Origin: Vicugna vicugna | Lineage: Eukaryota | Assembly: GCA_013265495.1 (NCBI GenBank) | Contig: MU058198.1 | Coordinates: 7,207,779 to 7,271,778, forward strand | Reading direction: 5' to 3' | Length of the DNA: 64,000 bases | Translations under genes and position numbers: made by a program | The notes under the pieces: generated by a model | What the model saw: only the letters and a program-made list of their open reading frames with translations | Told to the model about the DNA's origin: nothing | Database searches by the model: none | Shown here: positions 23,700-35,700 of the stretch, piece by piece | How the letters are laid out: every line of letters begins with the position of its first letter | Numbering within the stretch: the stretch's first letter is position 1

Positions 23700-24700
23700 G
23701 TCTCCCCCAGCTTAGCCCCCACCCGCAGCTCCCGGCCTCTCCGACCAGCCCCGCTTTGTTTCCTGTGTCTCGGCGCCCCGCCCCCGCCCCGTCTGGGGTC
23801 TCCGCCGCCCTCTGCCGCCCTTTGTCTGCCTTGGTCTTTCCCCCACCCCTTTCTCTGGGTCCGTCTTTGGATCTCTTTGTCTCTCCGGGCTGGGGTGGCT
23901 GGCGCTGTCAGCCAGCTCCGGGGGTCGGCGCGGGTGGCCCGACACAGCGACAATTAGGAAGCTCTTCGGCCCTCCTCGCTCAGCTCCAACCCAGGAGGCA
24001 CACGGTTAAAACCACCGAGTTCGGGCATCTGTCCTCGGCTCAGAGTAACCCTCTCCGCGGCACGCAGCGCCCGCCGGCCACCGAGCTCCGGAGGACACAG
24101 GCGGCCGCCACAGGAGTGCAGCTCCTCCAAGGTCCTAGAGCGGCTCGGTGCCGCCCGGCGCTTCCGCTTCCCGTCCCCGCCCCCGGCGGCAGCCCCCGGG
24201 ACGCCTGGGTCCGAGCCCCCTCCTCGTTTGGCGCCGAGCCCGCATCCCCGAGCCGCCGGCGGCTCGGACACCGGTGCCCCCCCGAAGAGCTCCGGAGGGC
24301 GCCGGGGTGGCGGCGGCGACGGCGGTTGAAGGGGAAGGAGGAGGCTGAGTGCCGGAAGGAGCAGCAGGTGCAGGGGAGGCGGGCGGCGCGGGCGGCGGTC
24401 ACCGGGAGCCGCGCCCCGCACCTCGGGTCTGGACGCTGCCCGGTGCCCGCACCGGCCGGCAGAGGGCAGCGGCAGGGCGCAGCCGTCCGCACATGGCTGT
24501 GTGACCGTAGAATTGTGTCTGTCCCCTTGCTCAGAGCGGCGTACCGGCGATGGAGCGCGCGGTGGGGTCCTGGGGCCCGGATCTCCGTGGCCCAGAGGAC
24601 AGGGAGCAGCTGAGAGGCGCCCGCACAGGTGAGGGACGAGGCGGCGCGCCGCCATGGGCAGGTAATGGCGGGGTGGGGATTCCGGAGCTGGGCTCTACCT
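23700..24700 (+). promoter_or_regulatory. ZNF48 CpG-island promoter and 5'UTR (candidate UTR intron 24368-24534)
   Basis: High GC and CpG density. Donor CAG/GTGCAG at 24368 and pyrimidine-rich acceptor CAG ending at 24534, just before the ATG. Confidence 0.7.
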
Positions 24701-27569
24701 GGCCCAGACCCAGAAAAATCGGACATGAACTGTGCTACCGGGGAGAGAGGGGGAAGGGAGCAAAAGCCCAAGGAAGGAGCCAATGTTTCTGAGCACCTAC
24801 TACGCATCAGGTCACGAGGGGCATCATTTCAAGGACTTCCCCTTCCCGACAGGCATCACCATCCTCACTGCCTCTATCCTACTTCAGGCCTCATTCTGTC
24901 TAATCCTGGCAATTGCAGCAACCTCCCCTCAGCCCTTTTCTCTCTGTGTAGTCACACTGATCTAAGTCCAGATCTAATCCTGTCTCCCTTCACAAAAACC
25001 TTCCCTTGCTCCCTCTGCCTACTAATTAAAAACCTTAGCCTAGTGTTCAATTCAGAGGATACATGCTTAATCTAATTCCAGCATCCCTTTCCAGCTTTAT
25101 CTTCCATTCCTTTCCATGGTTTACTCTTTTCTATGCTGTGAAAGCCCAGCCCTATTTCCTCTCTGCTGTGACAGCACAGTTATTCTAAGCCTGCAATCAT
25201 AATTATTTGTGTTTTATCTCCTACCAACCCAAAGCATCTTGAGGAACAGGTGTGTGTCTGGGTCCTCTCAGGTACACACAAGATGATTGAGAAATAAATT
25301 ACAGGATGCGCTAATATAAAAAAGATATAATAGAATTAGCGAGTACTGGTTTTCCAAATAGAGACAATATAATGTAGGGCTTAACACAGTCTTGGGAATC
25401 AGACATACCCGAGTTAGAAACCTGGTTTTACTACTTTCTAACCTTAATAGCCTTGAGCTAGTGACTTAAATTCTCCAAGTCTCCCCATGTCTATAAAATG
25501 GGGATAGTAACAGTATTATCTCATAGGATTGTTCGCAAGGATTCAATAATGTTTAATTAAGTTATTGGCACATACGAAGGGCAATGGTAAAAAGAAGTTA
25601 CTGTTATTGAGAGGCACAGACAATATGTGCTTCAGAAATTCAGAGGAGCAAGAGCAAGAGAGATCCTTGTGACCACAGACTGTCAAGGACACCTTCTTGG
25701 GGAGGCTGCAGTGGAAGATAGGGCCTGAGCCAAAGGGCAGATCTGCAACTCCCTTTTCTTTCCCCAGGTCTAGGGAGTGAGAATGCAGAAATTTCTCAGC
25801 CAGATGAGTATGATCATGCCCCACAGGAGGATGACCTGGGGTTCAAGGAAGAGGAAGATTTGGCCCCAGGTCATGAAGTAGGAAATGCCTCTCTCAAACC
25901 CGAAGGCATCCAGACCTGGGATGACTTGTGGGTCCAGAGAGAGGGACCTGGAAAACCTCAGGCTCGGGACAGAGGCCCCCGGCTCCTCGGAGAACCACGC
26001 TGGGGCCAGGTTAGTGATCGGGCTGCTGTGTGTGGTGAGTGTGGCAAGAGTTTTCGGCAGATGTCAGATCTGGTGAAACACCAGCGGACCCACACAGGGG
26101 AGAAGCCCTACAAGTGCGGGGTCTGTGGCAAGGGCTTTGGGGATAGCTCTGCCCGGATCAAACACCAGCGAACTCATAGCGGTGAAAAGCCCTACAGAGC
26201 CCGACCTCCAGCCCAGGGTCCCCCAAAGATTCCTCGGTCCAGGATCCCTGCTGGTGAGCGCCCCACTATCTGCGGGGAATGTGGCAAGAGCTTCCGGCAG
26301 AGTTCTGACCTGGTGAAACACCAGCGGACACACACGGGTGAGAAGCCATACAAGTGTGGCATCTGTGGCAAGGGCTTTGGCGACAGTTCTGCCCGCATAA
26401 AGCATCAGCGGACACACCGAGGGGAGCAGCCCCCTCGGCCTGTGGTGTCCCGACGGCAGCCATCCCGAGCGGCCATGGCAGCTGCACAGGGACCTAAGGC
26501 CCAGGACAAGCCATATATCTGCACTGATTGTGGAAAAAGATTTGTGCTCAGTTGCAGCCTCCTGAGCCACCAGCGCAGTCACCTAGGGCCCAAACCTTTT
26601 GGCTGCGACGTGTGTGGAAAGGAATTTGCCCGGGGCTCAGATCTGGTGAAGCACCTGCGGGTGCACACAGGAGAGAAGCCCTACCTCTGCCCTGAGTGTG
26701 GCAAGGGCTTTGCTGACAGCTCTGCCCGGGTCAAGCACCTCCGTACCCACAGTGGTGAGAGGCCTCACGCCTGTCCGGAATGTGACCGCACCTTCAGCCT
26801 CAGCTCCACCCTTCTCCGCCACCGCCTCACTCACATGGAGCCCCAGGACTTCAGCTTCCCGGCCTCCCCTCTGGCCCCCCTGATCCCCAGCCCACCCCCC
26901 AGCTCAAGCCCACCTCCACCTCCCCTCGGCACCAGCCCCCCGCTGACGCCTCGAAGTCCTTCACACTCAGGTGATGGCCCTTTTGGCCTGCCTGGCTTGG
27001 AGCCAGAGCCTGGGGGCCCACAGGCTGGGGAGCCACCCCCACCACTGGCGGGTGACAAGCCCCACAAGTGCCCTGAGTGTGGCAAGGGCTTCCGCCGAAG
27101 CTCGGACCTGGTGAAACACCATCGCGTACACACGGGGGAAAAACCCTACCTCTGCCCTGAATGCGGCAAGGGTTTTGCCGACAGCTCGGCCCGAGTCAAG
27201 CACCTCCGCACCCACCGTGGTGAACGGGCTCGGCCACCACCACCATCCACTCTCCTGAGGCCACATAACCCCCCTGGCCCAGCACTCACAACCCCTCGAT
27301 CCCGAGTCCGGGCCCAGCCCTCCGGACCCAGCCAGCCCCATGTATGTGGCTTCTGTGGGAAGGAGTTTCCCCGGAGCTCAGATCTGGTTAAACATAGGCG
27401 AACACACACTGGGGAGAAGCCATACAAGTGTGCAGAATGTGGCAAGGGTTTTGGTGACAGTTCTGCCCGTATCAAGCACCAGCGTGGGCACCTGGTCCTG
27501 AGGCCCTTTGGGACAGGGGATGGTCGGGCAAGGCCCCTGAAAGAGGAGCCACCAACGGGACTAGAATGA
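24550..27569 (+). CDS. ZNF48: Zinc finger protein 48 (12 C2H2 fingers, no KRAB), 626 aa
   Basis: Exons 24550-24628 and 25768-27569. Protein MERAVGSWGPDL...GART/GLGSENAEISQ... joins in frame to ORF 25860-27569. Syntenic position matches. Confidence 0.93.
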
Positions 27570-28559
27570 TGGGGTCTAGGGAGGGTGGAGGCCCAGGAGA
27601 CCAAAAGGAGGGTATCTGCTCCTTAAGCAGAGAAGAAAGGGCCTGGGAGGTGGTGGGAGGGAGAAGGAGGGGAAGAAACGGGAGAAAGGAGTGAATAGAT
27701 AGAGACAGAGATTGGAGACAATGACCTTGAAGCTCAGGAAATTGTCCTGGCTGGGCTGTCAGGACCTTGCCAGTGTGGTATATGCCCCCAGCTTTTAGAA
27801 CACTGCCTACTATACAGAAGACACTCAATAAGTTTATTTGTTGAATGAATAAACTGGCCTTAGCCTGAGGGCCATTAACTCCTTAAAGAATTCCTGCTGC
27901 CTCTTAACCTATTAATTGATTCCTCCCAACCTTGCCCCTGGAAGACCAGCACCCTGAACCAGGATTTGTTAGACCTGTTGAGCTGCAACAATGAGACTTA
28001 CGACGTTTGTGGTGACAGAGCGAGGCAGGGCCATCTTGAGCTCTGAAGCAGGCAGTACCCAGCCTCAGGCCACTAGACGCAGTCTTAGGCAGGAAGGGCC
28101 ACTTGGACAGGCACCAGACCTATCTGCCCTGGAGAAGCCCAACCCATCCTGACATCTGGACACTGGCAGAATAGAGCAGAGACAGCAGAAGGACATCCAC
28201 TCTGGATGCTAAGCCCAGGTCCTCCTGGCAGGCATCAGCAGAGACACACTGGCTTGGAGAGCAGTACTTGAGTGAGGAGAGGCCAGGGAAGCACCAAGAC
28301 CCTACAGTCACATCTCTGTGTCTCCTTGCCAATAAACTGCTTTTTGTCTGAGGTTTGGACTCGTGTGTGCATGGTGAGGGGTGAAAAATGTACCCAAGGG
28401 TCACCACAGGCAAAACCTACAAGCCATGTGTAAACTTGACCTCTGAGCCCGTCAAATAAAGAAGCTGGCTCCTCATAGCTGCTTTCTAGCTCTGATAACT
28501 GGTTAAAAAACGGCAACCAGGTCTGTCAGCTGATGCCCTAGACCTGAATTCTGCCTGCC

Positions 28560-29250
28560 CACAGGCGCCACCTACACCACAGCATCAGGCGCGACCCTTA
28601 AAAGGAAAAACACACAACGGAACGGGGTAAGAGGGGAGGCAGAGAGAGTGTGTGTGTCGGGGGGGCGGGGATTCCTTGAGCGCTGTTGCTACGGCGACAG
28701 GTGGGGGGAAATTGTGGCGGGCCTGCCTGATGCTCTGCCTTCTGGGAACCTCGCCTCCCTGCGACCCTTTTTTATTTCTCAAGAAGCAGGTCATTTGGCT
28801 ACAGAGCCCAAAAGGAGGGCAAAGGGGAAGGCCTCTTTATCCCCTGGAAAAGGCAACGTATTTCCCAGCCACCCATGCGTCATTAGGTGCAGGACTCCAA
28901 TTCCTAGCTTTTTCCGAGGAAGGCGCCAATAGGGAGGAAGAAGGAACTGACCTGATTGGCCAGGGACAAAAAAAAAAAAAGACTAGGGCGGTTCACCCAC
29001 CTAAGAAATGAAGTCCAAAACTGCCCTGCAACTTCGCCGCCTGGGCGTCTCAGCTAATTTGCGTGCAGGAATGAGCCTGGGTAGAATCTCTCGCGAGATC
29101 TTAACCATCGCCCGGGCTTCCCTAGAAACCAATGAAAGCTTGCTGCTGCACGGCTCCTCCCTGTCTTTCCACCGCTGCCAAGTTGTCACAAACGCTCCGT
29201 AACCCAAGAATTTTGAGTTCTGTTCTGGGGTTCTTCGCGGCTTCCGTCCT
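28560..29250. promoter_or_regulatory. Orphan promoter-like element (TCTCGCGAGA, RFX X-boxes, CCAAT)
   Basis: TCTCGCGAGA at 29089-29098 and GTTGCTACGGCGAC at 28686-28699. CCAAT/ATTGG at 28897, 28926, 28955 and 29129. Locally raised CpG. Confidence 0.55.
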
Positions 29251-31899
29251 TCAGTGAACACACACCCATAGATCTGAATGGAGGCCTCTTGGGGCTTTAG
29301 GGAGATACTGCTGGTTTCTGTGTCTCCCCTCCCTACCAGGTTGGCCTCCAAGCTAGTCTGCAATGAACTCTGTAAAATTGTATCTGACCATGTCACTCCC
29401 CTAATTAAAAACCCTGCTGTATCTCTGCATGTCCTCTAATAAAACTTACCTCCTAAGTTGGCATTCAAGGCCTTCCACTATGTGATTTCAGCCCTGGGCT
29501 TCTTAAATGTTCTGTTTACTTAACTTGGAATGCTGCCGACCCCGCCCTTGTTAACCTAACCAAACACTTCAAGCATTATTTCCTCCCGGAAGCCTTCCCT
29601 AAACCTCCCCACTGGGCCCCTTCATCTGAGCACTTAACATACCGAGAGCGTCTTTCGGATAAATAGAGACTCAACAGCATTACTTACTGTGTGCTGGGTA
29701 GTGAGCATAGAAGGATGAGTAAGACAAAGTTTCTGCCATCAGTTTCCAAGCAGAAGATAGGCAATGAACAACTATTTTCAAGTGTAAAGACTATGCAGAA
29801 AGCATGCATGCATGCAGGAGAGAATCATCTGACCCTACATGGTCCAGTGCCTCTCCAAAGAAGTGGTAATTATGACATAAAGACTAATTTGGAATAAGCT
29901 AAGAAAGGAGGAGGTGGGAGATGGGATGGGGGGGTAGCGTGTTCTAGGCAGAATAAAGAGTGTGCACCAAGTCCTTGGGGAGTCAAGAACTTAAGTAAAC
30001 TTCTAGTGAGGCTGAAGACACACAGTGAAATGCAGAGTAAAGAGTAAGATAAAGACTTTCCCAAATTCAACTTTCTACTTCCTAGTCCTAAAATGGGCCT
30101 GGCACACAATAGGCCTCACTAAATACTTTTTGTTTCCTTGGATGTGCTCTTCACAAGAGTTCACGGTTCTACAACCTGCTCTTTGTCCATCTGGAAGACT
30201 CCTACTTATCTTTGAAGGTCCTTTACATTTATCTCTTCGGCAAGGCCTGCACCCAATATCTACTCCCTTCCACCCCGCTATTCTCCTGCCACAACACCTA
30301 CTGTTTCCTTTTCATATGGATGTGACATACAAATATATATAAATTTTTTTAATCACAATCTTCTTTACTAGACTGTGCGATTCTCAAAAACAGGAACTAG
30401 TTCTGATTTCAGAGAGATACTCGTACCTATTCCTCCTGCAAGCATCTGTTCCAAAGTCCTCCCACAGTAGGAGGACCTTCCAGTAGGGACTTTCACTGCT
30501 CCCAGCTGAGTCTCCTCACTGAGTCTCTGAATCAGGGGAAGCAGGCCTTGCCTTTTGCTATGGTTCCAGCCACAACCTGGCATCTGCCTGCCTCTCCTCC
30601 AATTCCCACACTACATTTCCCCTCGATAACTCACTTGGCTCCAGCCACACATCTTTCTGTTCTCAAACATGCCAAGCTTAATCTCACCTAAAAGTCTCTG
30701 TAGTTCTGTCTAGAACATTCTTCCTCCATATTTTCAAATGGCTAACACTTTCTCATCACTCAAGTTTCATGTCACTTATTATTTCCTAAGAGATGCTGTC
30801 CCTGCCCACATTAAAGAAGCCCCCAACCACAGCCATTCCCTATTGCATCATCTGGCCCTATTTCTTTCTTACACCTATTATTATCTGAAATTATCTTGTT
30901 TATCTGTTGACATTTTTTACACCCTGAGAAATGCCATAATAGCCAAGATTTTTGTCTGTTTTGTTCACTGCATCTTCAATATTTAGAATGGTACCAGGCA
31001 CATAGTTGGGCTCAATAAATACCTGATGAAGAATGAACCCAATCAAAGTGATTTTGGGGATCTTGAGTGTATCACACTCACTTACCCCATTCCCAGCTCT
31101 GCGGAAGAGCAGAACTTTGACCAGATATAATCTCAACATCCAAATCGTGCCCTGGGCTCTGCAGACTGAGGCTCAGGCTTGGGTCTTGGCTCCGCTACCA
31201 ATTTGCTCATGTAACCTCATTTCTGAGAGATAATTTGGTGCAAGAGCATGAGCTTTGGAATTTGCTACATACAAGCTATGTGACTTTGAGTAAATTACTT
31301 AAGTTCTCTAAGCTTTTAGTTCCCTTATTTGTCAAAGAAAGATAGTATTATTGATCCCCACAGGGCTGTTGTAAAGAGACAATTAAGGATTGTAAGCACT
31401 TACTGAGTATTCTTTTTTCTTTCATCACGTCGGAATCTTAGTTGCCCCATTCATAAAATGGGAGACTTAGGTATCTTTTTCAAGAGAAGTGAGAAAATAC
31501 AGAACTTTATATGAAATATCCCAATTTTTCAATGTTGAAATCAAAATTTGTAAAAAAAAAACAAACCTTTTTTTTTTCCTTCTTTAAGTTAGTTTTTATA
31601 AGTAAAAATCCCTGAGGGCCAAACAAGATACTTCCGTGGACTGGATTTGGTCCGTGGGTTATAATTTTATACCTACACTTACTGTGTAGTTTAGGCAAAT
31701 CGATTTACTCCCCTGAACGTCAATCAGTTCATCTGTGAAATACGTTCACATTTATGCGGATCAAGAGATCAGGTGTGTAAAACGCTTAGCATAACGCTTA
31801 GCATAGGAGGCTATACACAATACACGTCAGCGGCAGCCTGGATGGCTGTTGATATGGTAAGTAGGTATTCAAAGAGCAAGGTATCCCAGAGACCAGGAG

Positions 31900-32560
31900 A
31901 CCGGGAAGACGACGCCGGGAAAGGAGAAAAGACGTGAGAAGAGGCAAAAAGAGCGAAGGGAAGAGGTGAGGAGGCAACAGGGTCCGCCCTCCAGGCGGGG
32001 CGCCAGCGAGAGGCCCAGGCTGGGGCGTGAGCGCACGTGGCCTATTTCGGGCGGAGCGGACACGCTTGGCCGCAGCGGAGACCTTCGAGCCGTCCACAGG
32101 AGACGAGACCTGACGGTAGGTCACAACCGGGCGATGAGAACCTTGAACGCCCACTGGGGCAGCCCAGGGCCCTCGGGAGTCGGGGAACAGCGGAAGCCTT
32201 TGGGTCTGGTCTCGCCACACTCCCGGGCCGGTTTGGGCCGGACGCCTGGGTCCTCTAGGACCCTCCCCTCGGGGGCGGGGTTAGGTGTTCGGACCAATGA
32301 CCGATCGTCACCGAGGCCCCGCCCTGCCCCGCCCCCAGACTCGCGGCCTCGGAGAGTGCCCAACCGCCCGGCGCCCTGGCCTGGGGCAGCGCGAGCGCGG
32401 AACCTGCGGCTGGTGAGTGCGCACTCCACCAGGGTCTCCGCCCCGATCCCGCCTCCAGCCCGTGCCCTGGAGCTCCGGGCCGCCCGACCAGGCTCCGGGG
32501 AGTGACTCAGCGCGGGGAGGGTGGCGACTCATTGGGGCTGGAGATTCGAACTGTTTCAGG
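31900..32560 (+). promoter_or_regulatory. ZNF771 CpG-island promoter; non-coding first exon ending at ~32412
   Basis: CpG-rich, with GC boxes and CCAAT at 32294. Donor CTG/GTGAGT at 32413 and acceptor CAG ending at 32772 before the ATG. Confidence 0.7.
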
Positions 32561-32781
32561 GCCTTGAATGCCGGGATGAGTGGGGTGAACGAGTGACTTC
32601 CAAGCTGGTCCCGGGGCAAGGATGGGGCCTAGGGCCGGGCTGGGATAGTGGTAAGAGGATCAGACCCAGAGACCTGGTCTAGTTGGGAGAAGGAGAAGCC
32701 ACGGCTTCACCGCCTTGTGTGGGCCAGGGCCATGGTGGGGGGCGGGTCTTCTGACCCGGCTCCTTGCCCCAGGACACCAAG

Positions 32782-35700
32782 ATGCCGGGCGAACAGCAGA
32801 CAGAGGAGGAGGAGGAGGAAGAGATGCAAGAGGAGATGGTGCTGCTGGTGAAGGGTGAGGAGGATGAGGGTGAGGAGAAGTATGAAGTAGTGAAACTCAA
32901 GATCCCTATGGACAACAAGGAGGTACGTGTCCCACATCCTGGGGTCCCATTGCCCCTAACCTCGTGCAGGTCCAGCCTCTCCCTCAGAAGCCATGGATGT
33001 CCCTACTTTCCCCTGACTCTCAGACCTAGACTCTCAGGGTTGGCCACCCATCCTTCTGTCCCACTGCCTATGCTGCCATCATACAGATGTCACGCCTACT
33101 GTGCCAGGCTCTGTGCTGGGTGCTGGAGAGTAAACGCTATCCTCAGTTCCCCATGGAGCTTGATGTCTAATGGGGTTAGACTAACAAATAATCACACAGC
33201 TTTCAATCCTGTGTGATGGGTGCAGGGGGGTGTGGAGACCCAGAGATGGTAGACTTAGGGCTTACTGCAGACTTAGGGCTGTGAGGGAGGTCAGAAGAGG
33301 TAACAGCAACAGTTAACAACTGACTCTTGGTAGTATTTACTTACGCGTGAGACACTATTCTAAGCAGTATTTGTTCCACTTTACAGGTAAGGAAACTGAG
33401 GCCCAGTAAACTGGACAGTTTGGTGACTGGCCCAAAGGTCTCAAAGTTAGTGAAGGGATGGCTTATTTGAGACCAGGGACAGTCTGAGCGCTGAAGGGGG
33501 TGGCTATTCCAGATAGAAGGAATGGCCCTTCCTGTGGCTCAGAGGAGTGAGTGGGGCACTGGGAGAAATGGGGGCAGGTGGTTCAGTCTGCTGTGGCATG
33601 AATGAGAGTAGGGTGGTTGGCAGGCCAGGTAGGGCATTTCGGTTTTATCCCGAGGGTGCTGAAGGTTTTGAGAGGAGTTTTAAGGAGATCAAAATATAAG
33701 TTAGATTTCCCCATTCGAGACCTAAGTGCCACTGGGTATATTTTCTACTTCCCCGAACCCTACAGGACTCCTACTCCCAGTCGCAGCAGCCCTGAGGCCA
33801 CCTAGAGGGCTCCTCCTGGGCCAGGTTTCTGGGCTCAGACTCCCTGATTTCTTCCTGCACAGGGGCCAGTTCCCAGGAAAAGAAAATTCTGCTGCCCCCT
33901 AGTGGGTGTGGTGGGCCCTAGGGGGAGGGGGCTGGCTGCCGTGGCCTCCTATTTCAGTCAAAATAACTACTTAGTTCTGTTTCTCTCAGGCCTCTTTGGC
34001 CCATCATCCTAGCTCAGCCTGCCTCTTCTGGCCCTGTGGATCCCCTGATCTCCAGTTCTGGTCTGTAAGTTAAGAACTCAGACCTCAGAGCTTAGGGTGG
34101 ACTTTCAACTCCATCAGTTACCAGCTGTGTGAACTTAGGCAAGCTTAACCTCTTTGTGCCTCAGTTTTCTTGTTTGTAAAAGGGAACTCATAACTGCATC
34201 TACTTTTTGGGGCTGGGAGGATTAAAAGAGTTAGTACATGTAAAGAGTTAGAACTGCGTCTGACATATAATAAACACTAAATAAGTATTTGCTGCTATTA
34301 TTATGCATTCTATTCTAAAACTTAGGACCTTGGGCTGGGTCATCCTTCTGAAGATTTTTGAACTCATTTTATCAAAGCCTTTCTAGGCTGAATCCTGGGG
34401 CTGGGAGTGAACAGGGAAACCAACATGGAGGCCTAGACAGAAGATTGAGGGCAAATAACCCAAGGCAGTGGGAATGACTTTGACATGGTCCTTGAAAACT
34501 TAGTGGGAATTGGGCAAATGGGGAAGGAGGAAGGGCATTCCAGGATGAGGAAACAGCAAAAGCAAATGCTCAGAGAAGATAAGGCCAGAGAAGTAGGCAG
34601 GGCCAGAGAGTAAAAGGATTGAAAGACAGCAAAGGAATTTGGACAGAGTCTGTTAGGTTACGCGGTGCCATCAGAAGTCTCAAATCAGAGAGATATGATC
34701 AGATTTTCTATTTAGGAGACTCATTTGCTGCTATGGGGAGACCAGGGGTAAAGCTGTAGCCTGCTCTAAGGTAGTGGCAGCAGGCTAGAGAAGATGGAAA
34801 GAAGGGGATTAATGGGAGCCATGATTGGACTGGCTGGAGCTAGTGAGCATGGCTAGTCATGAAAGGGCTGTAGGGCTAGACTCTAAATGGTATCACATAG
34901 CTGTTAAAATCATTGGTTCAAATCCTAACCGGCTTTGCCTTGACCTGCTTTCTTATCTATAAAATGAGATAATGAAAGTAAGATCCTTGAAATCCAGTCT
35001 AAGCATCACGTGGGTGACTGGATTTGGAGGAGGGGGCTGGGAGTGGGAGTTACACACACACATCCCCTGAAGATGTGCCCACAGGGTAGCTCAACAACTT
35101 GCTGTGTGGTCTCCCTGAGTCTTAGTTTCTATGAAATAGTGATCTCGAAAGCTCCTAGTGTTGGCATTCTGTGGCTCTTAGCTGTCACCCAGTCCCATGG
35201 CTGCTCATATCCAGAACAGGCCTTAATTATGCTGTACCCAGGGGTCAGAGTATTCGCTCACTGCCTATCAAAATCCCAGCTATCTTTAATGAATAGATTT
35301 TCTCAGAGGGCTCTATGTACATCCAGTTCTGTCTCTCCCTGCTTAAAACTGAACCCTTGAGTGGTTTTCTGTTTCCCTCAGCTCCCACGCCTGGCATTCA
35401 AAGCTCTTCACCATCTGACCTCATGTCCTGGCTTCATCTCTCATCACTCAGCACCCATCCCATGCCCCCAGCTTCAAACACACCTGACCTTTCTCACCTC
35501 TAAGACTGCCCACAGGGTCTTTCAGCCTTCTCAGCCTAATACCCTCTTCGAGTTCCCACCTGCTTTCTCCAGGAGTAGCTTGTCTCTCTTCTAGATGAGG
35601 TTATTCATTTTTAGCATGCATACGTATCACCCAGGGATCTTGTTAAAATGAAGACTGTGATTCAGTAGGTCTGGGGTGGAACTTGAGATTCCGCATTTTT

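Noticed and set aside
23287..24807. Several long overlapping ORFs (up to 314 aa)
   Set aside because: These are stop-poor GC-rich and CT-rich low-complexity sequence of the ZNF48 CpG island. The translations are low-complexity with no domain.
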